A DNA stretch of 58,276 nucleotides. Origin: an uncultured Clostridium sp. (GTDB lineage Bacteria > Bacillota > Clostridia > TANB77 > CAG-508). The stretch is from NCBI GenBank assembly GCA_948434985.1, contig CAOJFV010000004.1, forward strand, positions 1-58,276, read 5' to 3'. Below, piece after piece: positions 1-10,597 of this stretch. The notes beneath the pieces are model-generated. The model searched no databases. It saw only the letters and a program-made list of their open reading frames with translations, and was not told where the DNA came from. Numbering within the stretch: position 1 is the stretch's first letter; each line of letters begins with the position of its first letter. Made by a program: the position numbers and the translations under genes.

Positions 1-142
1 TTCAACTATAGTTATTTCTAAGAAAGTGTGACATATGTTTGACAAACCTACAATAAAGAAACAAGAAAAATTGCTTTTGTAATTGTATCTGAAAAAGAAC
101 TATGATATACTATCAAAAGAATAAAAGTTTTGGAGGATATAA

Positions 143-2410
143 ATGCCAAAAGTTACTAATGATAATGAAATAAATAAAAAATTAAAATATATAGGGCTTG
201 ATTTAAAAAATATTCCAGAGTTTTTAACAAACTCTAGCAATATAGATTACAGGCCCTTAAAAGCATATGATGAAAACACTTATAGAGTATATAAATATGT
301 TCCAATTTCTAAAATACAAATATTATTAACTCCAATGAATAGGTTAAATACAATAAAGGAAAAATATGGCGAATCAAGTAGTTTAAAGAATTATTTAAAA
401 CCAGAAAATGAGGGAGATAGCGACAAGTATATTACTTTTCTAAAAATGTTAAAAGAAGTAAAAATAGAAGAGATAGAAAAGCTTGCAAAACACCAAGAAA
501 GATTAAATAAAAATATACCATTTAAAATTAAATTTGAAGAAAACTACTTATGGCAAATTTATTATTCCGATATAAACGATGTTTATTTTATGTTAGTTCC
601 AACAGAAGATTTAGAATATGCTAGTTTCTTTTATTTATTGAAAAAACAAATTGAATATCATAAAACAAAAAAAGAGCAAATGATATATGTTCCTATTGTA
701 TATGAAAATTATTCTGGACAGTTTCTTAAAAACTCTGAAATACAAGATTTAGAGAAATATGTATGGTTTTTTACAAAAGAATGGCCTAATATTTATGAAG
801 TATATGATATTGATGGGAATATGTCTATACAAGTTGTTGGAGACACCGTGGTTTATGAAAATTTGATAAGTGTGTATAAAAATAAACTAGAAAGTAAAGA
901 AGACGCACTTAAATTTTATAAGTTTTTGAAGGCAATGTTTATATTATCAACAGAATTGCCACATTACTATAAATTTGTAGTGAGGATTGATAAAAATGGT
1001 TCAATAGGGTTTTCTTTAAAAAACAAAGAAATAACATATGAAAATATGTTTACAATGCTTGCAGAAGATTACAAAAAAGCGATGGAAGAAATAGCATCAC
1101 TAGAAAAAGAAAAGAATGAGTTAGATGATAGTATAGAAAAGTTAAAAAGTATATCAGTGGAAATAGATAAGGAATATTTAGCAAAGGAAAGACAAATAGC
1201 AACATATTTAGAATGTAGAAAAACTTTTTTGGGAAGGGTAAAATATTTTTTAAAATTAAAGAAAAAGAAAGAGCAAGATGATAAAGAACAAGATGATACT
1301 AATACAAAAAAAGTGGAAAAAAGTAGAGAAGAGATAGTAAGTACAAATTTTGTTATAAGAGAATTTTATACAATTGAGGATATAGTAAAAACTTATAAAG
1401 AATTAGATATATTATTAGAAAAAGTAAAAGATTTAAGATTAGACTATAATGCTTTAACAAATAGAATTGAAAGTGTGAATGTAAAAATACAAAATGCTAA
1501 TTTGTATATAGAAGAAATTGATAAGCATAAAAAGAGTATTTTTGAATTTTGGAAATTTGCCAATAAAGATGAGAAACTAATGTTAAATCAAGGAACTACA
1601 AATCAAAAAATTTCTAAAAGAACAATAGAGAAAGTATACAACTATGATGAAGATACAGAAGAAATAGGAGAAACAATAGATAAAATACAAAGAAATTCTT
1701 TATCTAAAACTGATGCAGATTCAATATATATTGCAGCAACAGAAGTACTAAATGTACTAAATAATATTGATAACGATGAAATTGTAAAAAAGGGCTTAGA
1801 AGAACTAAAAGAAGAGTTAGAAAATAATAGAATTCTATTTGATACAAATAAAATTGATATTTTTGGAGAAATGTCTGAAGATAATATTAAAGTAAAAATC
1901 TTAGGAGATAAAAAGCATCGTGAAACTAGAAAAGATAAGCTAAAGATTTTAGAAATTACACAAGATATGGAATTAGAAGAATACAAGGATAAACTTAAAA
2001 ATATTTTAGATAATATAAAAAGAATTATAGATAGGCAAAATAAATTAGTAGCTATTCCTGCTTATGTTACATTAAATAAAAAAGAAGAAGTAGAAGGGTT
2101 TCAAGTTCTAAATTTAGACCTTGAAGAAGTAATAAAAGAAGCGGAAGATAATAAAAAGATTGTATTATATAAAATTAAGTTAAAAGAAGATATTAAAGTA
2201 GTGTACTTTTCAAATATAATTTATTATGACAATTATAATAAAACATTACCAATAGGAATGGATATTAATTCTAAATGCTTACTAAATTTAGAAAAATATA
2301 AAATGAATGAGATAGGCAAAGAAAACTTTAGAATAAGTAAATTAGAAGATGAGTTTAAAATAAAAACAAAAGAAATATGCTTATATGAATATGAACTAAT
2401 AGAAAAATAA
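143..2410 (+). CDS. Hypothetical 755-aa protein with a globular N-terminal part and long K/E-rich coiled-coil regions; family not recognised
   Basis: Long ORF with native codon usage. GGAGG lies about 8 nt upstream of the ATG. An imperfect hairpin follows the stop. Confidence 0.6.
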   Translation: MPKVTNDNEINKKLKYIGLDLKNIPEFLTNSSNIDYRPLKAYDENTYRVYKYVPISKIQILLTPMNRLNTIKEKYGESSSLKNYLKPENEGDSDKYITFLKMLKEVKIEEIEKLAKHQERLNKNIPFKIKFEENYLWQIYYSDINDVYFMLVPTEDLEYASFFYLLKKQIEYHKTKKEQMIYVPIVYENYSGQFLKNSEIQDLEKYVWFFTKEWPNIYEVYDIDGNMSIQVVGDTVVYENLISVYKNKLESKEDALKFYKFLKAMFILSTELPHYYKFVVRIDKNGSIGFSLKNKEITYENMFTMLAEDYKKAMEEIASLEKEKNELDDSIEKLKSISVEIDKEYLAKERQIATYLECRKTFLGRVKYFLKLKKKKEQDDKEQDDTNTKKVEKSREEIVSTNFVIREFYTIEDIVKTYKELDILLEKVKDLRLDYNALTNRIESVNVKIQNANLYIEEIDKHKKSIFEFWKFANKDEKLMLNQGTTNQKISKRTIEKVYNYDEDTEEIGETIDKIQRNSLSKTDADSIYIAATEVLNVLNNIDNDEIVKKGLEELKEELENNRILFDTNKIDIFGEMSEDNIKVKILGDKKHRETRKDKLKILEITQDMELEEYKDKLKNILDNIKRIIDRQNKLVAIPAYVTLNKKEEVEGFQVLNLDLEEVIKEAEDNKKIVLYKIKLKEDIKVVYFSNIIYYDNYNKTLPIGMDINSKCLLNLEKYKMNEIGKENFRISKLEDEFKIKTKEICLYEYELIEK

Positions 2411-2501
2411 ATTTATAGAACAATTACAAAATAAGGAGCAGTGACTATTGACCAGTTCCTTATTTTGTGTTAATATAAGTAAGTAATATTTGCCCGAGTG
2501 G

Positions 2502-2584
2502 CGGAATTGGTAGACGCACACGACTCAAAATCGTGCGGGAAACCATGCGGGTTCGAGTCCCGCCTTGGGCACCAAAGAAGAACA
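2502..2584 (+). tRNA. tRNA-Leu (anticodon CAA), long variable arm, encoded CCA
   Basis: Cloverleaf read by eye: acceptor gcccgag/cttgggc, anticodon stem cacga/tcgtg with the 7-nt loop c-t-CAA-a-a, T-arm gggttcgagtccc, 3' acca. Confidence 0.9.
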
Positions 2585-2622
2585 AAAAAATTATTTTCTT
2601 GTTCTTCTTTTTGTACATATAT
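2584..2622 (+). terminator. Rho-independent terminator after tRNA-Leu
   Basis: Perfect 12-bp stem aaagaagaacaa / ttgttcttcttt followed by a T run. Confidence 0.7.
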
Positions 2623-2656
2623 ATTAAGAAGTATCTTCTTTACGAATTAGATTTTT

Positions 2657-4909
2657 TTATCTATTCTTATTAAAGTAATCTTCAAAATCTTCTTTAGATA
2701 AAGGTTTTGAATAATAGTAACCTTGAATCATATCGCATTTTATACTTTTAATAAAATCTACTTGTTCTTTTGTTTCAACGCCTTCTGCAATTGTTTTTAC
2801 TCCTAAACGATTTGCAAGTATCATAATATAGTTAATAATATTTTTATCACTAGTTAAATCTGCTTTATCTACAAAGACTTTATCAATTTTAATTATATCA
2901 ATTGGCATATTTTGTAACATACTAAGAGACGAATATCCTGTTCCAAAATCATCAATTGAAATTGTAAATCCTTTTTCTTTTATAGAGTCTAATATTTTTA
3001 AAATATCTATTTTTCCATCAATTGTTGCACTTTCTGTAATTTCCAAATCTATACAAGATCTATCTAAGTTATAATTGTCAGTGATTTTTACATATTCATC
3101 AATAAAGTTTTCATCTACAAAATGTTCCTTTGAAACATTAATAGATACAATTGGTATATAACCATATTTTTCTTTCCAACTAGCCATATCTTTGCATACT
3201 CGTTCAAAAATATATAAATCCAATTTAATAATAAATTTATTTTTTTCAAACAAAGGAATAAATTTACCAGGAGAAATAATTTCTCCATCTTTATACCATC
3301 TTATTAAAGCTTCTGCGCCAATAAATTTTTCATTACTTGTAAGAGTTTTTGGCTGATAAACCACTTTGAATTCTCTGTTTTTTAAAGCATCTTCCATTGA
3401 AGATTCAATTTTCTGTTCTTCAACTAATTTATTTTCAAGTACTTCATCAAATATATAATAGTTATCATTATATAATCCTTTTATTTTAGAACGAGCCATA
3501 TATGCTTTATCTAAAGCTTTATTTATATCAATATCTTTTAAATTAACTTTATAAACTCCAATAGATAGATTAATATGAAGAGAAGTACCATCTATTTTTA
3601 AATGTGAAGCATTGTTAAATATTTTATCTAGTAAGTTTTTGATATCATATTCATAACTAAATATAGTAGCAAATACGTCATTAGAAATTCTACAAGTAAT
3701 ATTGTTAGAAGGTAGAAGATTTACTAATTTTTCTCCAAGTGCTTTAAGAATATGATTACAAAATTCATATCCATAGATATTATTAAGTGCCTTAAACTTA
3801 TTAATATCAAGTACAATAATGTATTTATTTTTAGTAGAATTTTTTAAAAATACAGAACCATTATCTTTAAAATATACTTCATTACCAAGTAAAGTTATAG
3901 GATCAATATAGGCAACTTTATATAATTTATGATTTTTTTTCTGGTTTGAAAGATCAATATAAATACATATGCCTATTATAACAAAATTAACTAAAAGGCA
4001 GACACCAAGAGATATTACTAAAAATGTAGTAAGTTCTTTAGCGATAGTATCATCAGGTGCAAGGGTTACAACATACCAATCATTTACACTAAGTTTTTCA
4101 TAGTGAATAAAATGGGTGTTTCTTTCTAATTTAATATCAAAAGTTCCTACTTGTTTTGCCTTAATATTTTCTGCCATAAGATTAATTTTATTACTATCTT
4201 CTTTATTCAAATTATAACTTGTTTTTATATAGTCATATAAGTTAATATTATTTTCTTTTATATCATTAAAAGAGTCGATTAATATAGAACCATTATTATT
4301 TATTAGGTAAGTACCACCTTTACCATGGAATAATCTTCTTAATAAGATTTCTTTGTAATCTTCAGTATTAACAGTTGCAAATAATACTAATTCCTTTTTA
4401 TTTAAGGTAAATGTTTTAGAGTAAATATTTACTTGATTATCTGAAACAGTACTAGGTCTATTTTCAGATAAATATACAGTATCTTGATTAAAGAATTCTT
4501 CTATATTGTTGTAGTTTTTTACAATATGACCATCACTAGTAGTACCATTTCCTTTTTTATCTAATATAACAAGCCTTGTAAAGTGATAATCTTCTAAATC
4601 GTGGCTGTAGCGTTCAAATATTTCTTCAGGAGTATTAAAATAACCACTATTAATAGAATCAACCATTATTTCAACAAACTTTTTTTGATCAGTTATAGAT
4701 TGATTTAATTGAGCAGTTGTTTGTTCGCTAAGTTCAGTAATATTATTATATACATTTTGATATGTTAAATCTTTAACAAATTCAACACCAAAATAAGAGA
4801 GTATTAAGATAATAATAAATATTGGAAGTATCCATTGAATATTTAATCTGTATTTTTGCAAATTTATAAATTGATTTTTAGTTTTTTTATTTTGTTTCTT
4901 CTTTTTCAT
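2657..4909 (-). CDS. Membrane signalling protein: extracytoplasmic Cache-like sensor between two TM helices, degenerate GGDEF domain and intact EAL c-di-GMP phosphodiesterase domain
   Basis: EAL signatures present: EALIRW, DDFGTGYSS, IKIDKVF, AEGVET, QGYYYSKP. The GGDEF position reads RISNDVF, which is degenerate. N-terminal TM at IQWILPIFIIILILSYF; second TM near aa 295-320. Confidence 0.8.
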   Translation of the reverse strand: MKKKKQNKKTKNQFINLQKYRLNIQWILPIFIIILILSYFGVEFVKDLTYQNVYNNITELSEQTTAQLNQSITDQKKFVEIMVDSINSGYFNTPEEIFERYSHDLEDYHFTRLVILDKKGNGTTSDGHIVKNYNNIEEFFNQDTVYLSENRPSTVSDNQVNIYSKTFTLNKKELVLFATVNTEDYKEILLRRLFHGKGGTYLINNNGSILIDSFNDIKENNINLYDYIKTSYNLNKEDSNKINLMAENIKAKQVGTFDIKLERNTHFIHYEKLSVNDWYVVTLAPDDTIAKELTTFLVISLGVCLLVNFVIIGICIYIDLSNQKKNHKLYKVAYIDPITLLGNEVYFKDNGSVFLKNSTKNKYIIVLDINKFKALNNIYGYEFCNHILKALGEKLVNLLPSNNITCRISNDVFATIFSYEYDIKNLLDKIFNNASHLKIDGTSLHINLSIGVYKVNLKDIDINKALDKAYMARSKIKGLYNDNYYIFDEVLENKLVEEQKIESSMEDALKNREFKVVYQPKTLTSNEKFIGAEALIRWYKDGEIISPGKFIPLFEKNKFIIKLDLYIFERVCKDMASWKEKYGYIPIVSINVSKEHFVDENFIDEYVKITDNYNLDRSCIDLEITESATIDGKIDILKILDSIKEKGFTISIDDFGTGYSSLSMLQNMPIDIIKIDKVFVDKADLTSDKNIINYIMILANRLGVKTIAEGVETKEQVDFIKSIKCDMIQGYYYSKPLSKEDFEDYFNKNR

Positions 4910-5098
4910 AATTCACCTCTGGAAAAAATTTATATATATAATGTATAACAAAATTCAACTTTTTTCAATCATTTTTACTGGAAAATTTATACAATAAAAA
5001 AGTTCAGAAAAACTATTGACAAAAATAAAACAAAAATATAAAATAGATACAAACATAAGTTCTGGAAACATACTTTTGTATTTGGAGGAGATATTTAA

Positions 5099-5788
5099 AT
5101 GGGAGTTTTAAAAAATAGAAGTAAAATTATTACATATACAATTGATAAAACAATAGAAAATAATTTATATATATCAGTTCAAAATGGAGAAGTAGTAGTA
5201 TGCGCACCTTGGTATTTTAGTAGAAATCAAATACAAGAAATTGTAGAAGAAAAGAAGCGATGGATTTTAGAAAAAATAAAAGAATATGAACTAAAAAAAG
5301 AAGAATATGTTAATAGTGGAATTGTTAAAATATTAGGAGAAAATTGTAGTTTAAAAATTAGATATAAAAACATAAAAGGACTGAATGTAAATATCGAAAG
5401 TGGAGTTATTAAGATAGAACTTCCTAATAAATATAAAAAAGTTAATAATGATGAATTATTAAAATTATTAACTCAAAAAATCTATAATGTCATAGCTGAA
5501 AGAGAAATCGAAAGGGCAATGGAAAAAACAAGAATTTTATTAGGATATGCTCCAGAGGACTATAAGTTAGAAAGAATGAAAAATACACTTGGTAAATGCG
5601 ATAATAGTACAATTATAATTAATCCAGATATTGTAAAATATAAAGAAGAAATTATAGACTACGTTGTTTTACACGAATTTATACATTTAACAAACAAGAC
5701 ACATTCAAAGAGATTTTATGAAAAACTAAAACAATATGAGCCAAACTATGAAAAATATATAGATGTAATCAGCGGATTACAATACTAA
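5099..5788 (+). CDS. YgjP/DUF45 (SprT-like, M48-related) metal-dependent hydrolase
   Basis: C-terminal HEFIHL zinc motif followed by H..RFY, about 230 aa long, with the typical family layout. Confidence 0.65.
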   Translation: MGVLKNRSKIITYTIDKTIENNLYISVQNGEVVVCAPWYFSRNQIQEIVEEKKRWILEKIKEYELKKEEYVNSGIVKILGENCSLKIRYKNIKGLNVNIESGVIKIELPNKYKKVNNDELLKLLTQKIYNVIAEREIERAMEKTRILLGYAPEDYKLERMKNTLGKCDNSTIIINPDIVKYKEEIIDYVVLHEFIHLTNKTHSKRFYEKLKQYEPNYEKYIDVISGLQY

Positions 5789-5836
5789 TTATAAATATTA
5801 TTTTAAACAAATAATATACTAGTAAAATTGAATAGT

Positions 5837-5872
5837 AAAAATTCTAGTTTAAATACTAGAATTTTTATTTTT
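5837..5872 (+). terminator. Rho-independent terminator
   Basis: Stem aaaaattctagt / actagaattttt with a 6-nt loop, followed by a T run. Confidence 0.7.
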
Positions 5873-5901
5873 ATTGTGTTAATATATATAAAGATACATA
5901 A

Positions 5902-5976
5902 TGGGGTATCGCCAAGCGGTAAGGCATCGGACTCTGACTCCGACATTCCTGTGTTCGAATCACAGTACCCCAACCA
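5902..5976 (+). tRNA. tRNA-Gln (anticodon CUG), encoded CCA
   Basis: Acceptor tggggta/tacccca, anticodon stem tcgga/tccga with the 7-nt loop c-t-CTG-a-c, T-arm ctgtgttcgaatcacag. Confidence 0.9.
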
Positions 5977-6161
5977 AATGTGTGACTAACGTCGCAGTGA
6001 ATAATTAATAGTGAAGAATGAATGGTGAAGAATGTTTTCAGTAAAGCACATAGAGCACATTTGTACTATTCACTATTTATTATTTAGTATTAATTTATAT
6101 TATTACTAATAATTTATGAGCAAAAGGTTAAACTACTGATAACTAAAAAGGAGGAAAAATT

Positions 6162-7122
6162 ATGGTAGAAAGAAGAAAGATTGTACTAATTGGAACAGGA
6201 TTTGTAGGGATGAGTATGGCATATTCTATTTTAAACCAAGGACGGAGTTAACGAGATGGTTTTAATAGACGTTTTGAAGGAAAAAGCAGAAGGAGAAGCA
6301 ATGGATTTATCTCATGGTATGCCATTTGCTCCTAGTAAAATGGATATAAAAGCAGGAGATTATTCGGATTGTAGAGACGCAAATATAGTAGTAATAACAG
6401 CAGGATTAAATCAAAAACCAGGACAAACAAGATTAGAACTTGCAAAAGCAAATGCAAAAATTATGAAAGATATAACAAAACAAGTTGTAGACAATGGATT
6501 TAAAGGTATTTTTGTAGTAGCAAGTAATCCAGTAGACCTAATGACATATGTTGTTTATAAGACTTCAGGATTTCCGAAAGAAACAGTAATTGGTTCTGGT
6601 ACTGTTTTAGATACAGCAAGATTACGTTTTTTAATAGGAGAATATTTAGATGTTGCTAGTAAAAATGTTCATGCATATATAATAGGTGAACATGGAGATT
6701 CTTCTTTTGTTCCATGGGGACATTGTTATGTTGGATGTAAAAAACTTCTTGATGTTATGAAAGAAAATGAAAAGGATATAAAAGATTTAGACAAAATATA
6801 TAATAATGTTCAGCAAGCAGCATATGAGATTATTAATAAGAAAAAAGCGACTTATTATGGAATTGGAATTTCTTTAACAAGATTAGTAAAGGCAATTTTG
6901 GACGATGAAAATGCAATAATGCCAGTATCAACTTATCAAGATGGAGAATATGGACAAAAAGGATTATTTATAGGAGTTCCAGCAATTATTAATCGTAAAG
7001 GAATTAAAGAAATAGTTAAATTAGAATTAGAACCAAAAGACCAAGAAAAATTTGATTATAGTAGCAAAATAATAACAAAAACATTATTAGAAGAAATAAA
7101 TCCAATATTAGAAGAAAATTAA
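6162..7122 (+). pseudogene. ldh: L-lactate dehydrogenase, interrupted as written by a +1 frame break at the in-frame CGG at 6243-6245
   Basis: The N-terminal Rossmann motif IVLIGTGFVG...ILNQG reads in the frame from ATG 6162 (RBS aaggagg). The remainder, VNEMVLIDV...GEHGDS, reads in the +1 frame. The 0 frame stops at 6249. Confidence 0.85.
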
Positions 7123-7137
7123 ATATATGATTAAAAT

Positions 7138-7172
7138 AAAAAAGTACTTAAACTTAGTTTAGGTACTTTTTG
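7138..7172 (+). terminator. Rho-independent terminator after ldh
   Basis: Stem aaaagtacttaaac / gtttaggtactttt followed by a T run. Confidence 0.65.
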
Positions 7173-7227
7173 TTATATAAAAATGGAATAAATTTCAAAA
7201 AACAGTATCATAATATATATAGTTTAA

Positions 7228-8535
<1,308 letters not shown>

Positions 8536-8667
8536 AATAAATGCTGTCATTAGCTTTTTGGGTTAATGATAGCATTTGCTTCTTTTAATAACTTGTATTA
8601 ATAAAAGTAGAAATTTGTAATAGAGTGTGATATCATATTAATTAACGTATACAAGAAAGGTAGAAGT

Positions 8668-9471
8668 ATGAATAAACAAGAAATTTTAAAGAAATATACT
8701 AAAGAAGAAGATAGATTACTAATAGCTAAAGTTCTAGATAAAATGGAGTTTGCAAAATCAAAAAACAAGATAACAAATACAGATTTTTTAGATTTATATC
8801 AAAAAAATTTAGTGCAAAAATTATTAAATAGCATAAGGTGTGAAAATTATTTGTTATTTGGAGGAAATGACCAATCTGAAAGAGAAGTAGTAATTTTTTA
8901 TCCAGAAAAACTTGAAAAACAATTTGTAGAAAAAAAATATAATAATATAATGCAAATAGTAGAAATTATTTTACCAAACGAATTACAAGGAAACTATACA
9001 CATAGAGATTACCTTGGAGGTCTTATGAAGCTTGGGATAAAAAGAGAAAAGATAGGTGATATTATAGTATTTGATAAAGGAGCTAACATTATAGTTTTAA
9101 ATGAGATATTAGATTTTGTAAATAGCAATATATCAAGCTTAACAAGATTTGGTAAGTCTTTAATACAAACTAAGAAAATTGAAGAACTACATAAACAAGA
9201 AATAAAAACAGAAGAAATACAAATTATAGTATCTTCATTAAGATTGGATAATATTGTTTCAGAACTTGCAAAAACATCAAGAACCAAAGCAGAAGAGATA
9301 ATAAGTACAGGAAGAGTTTTTGTGAATTTTGAAAATGTTATTAAGGATTCAAAAACAATAAAAGAAGCTGATATTATAACTATAAGAGGAAAGGGTAGAT
9401 TTAAAATAGTAGAAGTAATGGGAAATACGAAAAAAGGTAGATTTATTATAAAAGTAGAAAAATATGTGTAA
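8668..9471 (+). CDS. ylmH: YlmH-like RNA-binding protein with C-terminal S4 domain
   Basis: About 260 aa with the C-terminal S4-like segment LRLDNIVSELAKTSRTKAEEIISTGRVFVN and the typical YlmH layout. Confidence 0.6.
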   Translation: MNKQEILKKYTKEEDRLLIAKVLDKMEFAKSKNKITNTDFLDLYQKNLVQKLLNSIRCENYLLFGGNDQSEREVVIFYPEKLEKQFVEKKYNNIMQIVEIILPNELQGNYTHRDYLGGLMKLGIKREKIGDIIVFDKGANIIVLNEILDFVNSNISSLTRFGKSLIQTKKIEELHKQEIKTEEIQIIVSSLRLDNIVSELAKTSRTKAEEIISTGRVFVNFENVIKDSKTIKEADIITIRGKGRFKIVEVMGNTKKGRFIIKVEKYV

Positions 9472-9497
9472 ATATATTTAAAATTACATAATTACTA

Positions 9498-9526
9498 TTG
9501 CAAAAATTAACATAATGTGATAATAT
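9498..9526 (+). promoter_or_regulatory. Predicted sigma-A promoter for the small orphan ORF
   Basis: TTGCAA, 17-nt spacer, TAATAT, with an extended -10 TG (tgtgaTAATAT). Confidence 0.4.
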
Positions 9527-9587
9527 ATTTGCATAGCACAAATATATGTGTAGTTTAAGTGCTAAAAAATCTCAAGGAGGCAAAAAA

Positions 9588-9761
9588 ATGAGCGACATCA
9601 GTGGCAAAAAGAAAGAAATGGAAGAAGAACAGGTAAAGGCAGTTTGGGAACACACACACGTGCGGGATCTGGGAGATGGAACAGTGGAGCTGATCAACGG
9701 CACACACAGATGTGTAAGAAAACTTCATTCTATCCCGGAATATCTACGCACCGAAGAGTGA
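9588..9761 (+). CDS. Orphan 57-aa protein, compositionally atypical (about 46% GC by hand count); no family recognised
   Basis: AAGGAGG lies 7 nt upstream of ATG 9588 (the ORF-track start at 9546 is probably too early). Codons are non-native (CTG, GAG, ATC, GGC, CCG, CGC, ACC, one in-frame CGG). It has its own GC-rich terminator. Confidence 0.5.
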   Translation: MSDISGKKKEMEEEQVKAVWEHTHVRDLGDGTVELINGTHRCVRKLHSIPEYLRTEE

Positions 9762-9796
9762 ACAGCACGACGGCAGTCATTTTATAATGACAAGAA

Positions 9797-9824
9797 AAGG
9801 GCAGTGTAACAACTGCCCTTTTTG
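9797..9824 (+). terminator. Rho-independent terminator of the orphan cassette
   Basis: Stem aagggcagt / actgccctt followed by ttt. Confidence 0.7.
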
Positions 9825-9902
9825 CATATAAAAAATCTCTTAAAATTATTGAATAAAAATTAGATATATGTTAAAGTTACATATATGGAAAGGAGAGAAA
9901 GT

Positions 9903-10127
9903 ATGTTAAATCAAATATTATTAAAAAGTTACAAAAATAGAGTTGGAACTTTTAAAGAAAGTATTAATGAAAAAATACTTAAGAAAAAGATTGAGGATAA
10001 ATTGTATACACAATATATAATGGATGCGATAAAAGAAGCGGAAGAAAATATAGCAAATGGAGGTAAAACTTATACTTTAGAAGAATATCGCGAAAGGATG
10101 AGAGAATTATATGGTGCAGAATTATAA
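9903..10127 (+). CDS. Putative type II antitoxin (short helical, partner of the ParE/RelE-like toxin)
   Basis: Small ORF overlapping the downstream toxin gene. AAGGAGAG precedes ATG 9903. Paralogous to 51747-51965 (EAEENIANGGKTYTLEEYRERMRELYG versus KAEEQIKNGSKSYTEEEFSQEMRRRFG). Confidence 0.55.
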   Translation: MLNQILLKSYKNRVGTFKESINEKILKKKIEDKLYTQYIMDAIKEAEENIANGGKTYTLEEYRERMRELYGAEL

Positions 10128-10425
10128 ATTTATAATATCCAATGATGCAGATGAAGATTTATCAAAAATAATTCAAAATTTATCCTTAAAGAGCACAAAA
10201 AAGTTTACTGAAGAGTTACTAGTAAAATATGAAAATATAAGAATTATGCCAGAACTGTATCAAAGAATATACTACAGAGAAAAGACAAAAGAAGATTATA
10301 GGCGAATAGTACATAGAAAATATATAATTACATATAAAATTCATAAAAATCAAATTACAGTTCTAAGAATTGTTTCAGAAAAAGAAAATTATTTAAAATC
10401 AATATTTTTAAAATCTTTTAAATAA
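10111..10425 (+). CDS. ParE/RelE-family type II toxin
   Basis: About 100 aa. The C-terminal pattern YRRIVHRKYIITYKIHKNQITVLRIV is typical of the RelE/ParE fold. The start overlaps the antitoxin stop. Confidence 0.6.
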   Translation: MVQNYKFIISNDADEDLSKIIQNLSLKSTKKFTEELLVKYENIRIMPELYQRIYYREKTKEDYRRIVHRKYIITYKIHKNQITVLRIVSEKENYLKSIFLKSFK

Positions 10426-10517
10426 ATCAATTAATCTAATAGAATAAATAGAAATTCAGGGTACTAAGGTACTTTATTAAATATGTTCAAAAAAATCTTA
10501 AAATTCATTACAAACAC

Positions 10518-10546
10518 TTGTTTAAACGGAATAAATATAGTATAAT
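10518..10546 (+). promoter_or_regulatory. Predicted uvrA promoter
   Basis: TTGTTT, 17-nt spacer, TATAAT, located about 50 nt upstream of ATG 10598. Confidence 0.4.
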
Positions 10547-10597
10547 ATGATACGTATGTATTAATAATATAAACTATATACATACTGGGGGTAAAAA

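Noticed and set aside
2502-5976. Whether either tRNA in the window (Leu-CAA, Gln-CUG) could be a frameshift-suppressor or quadruplet-reading tRNA.
   Set aside because: Both fold with standard 7-nt anticodon loops and ordinary anticodons. Neither is Gly- or Arg-like.
5990-6161. A direct repeat gtgaagaatg x2 and imperfect palindromes upstream of ldh, considered as a Rex (TTGTGAA-N6-TTCACAA) operator.
   Set aside because: No convincing match to the Rex consensus. The palindromes are short, AT-rich and imperfect.
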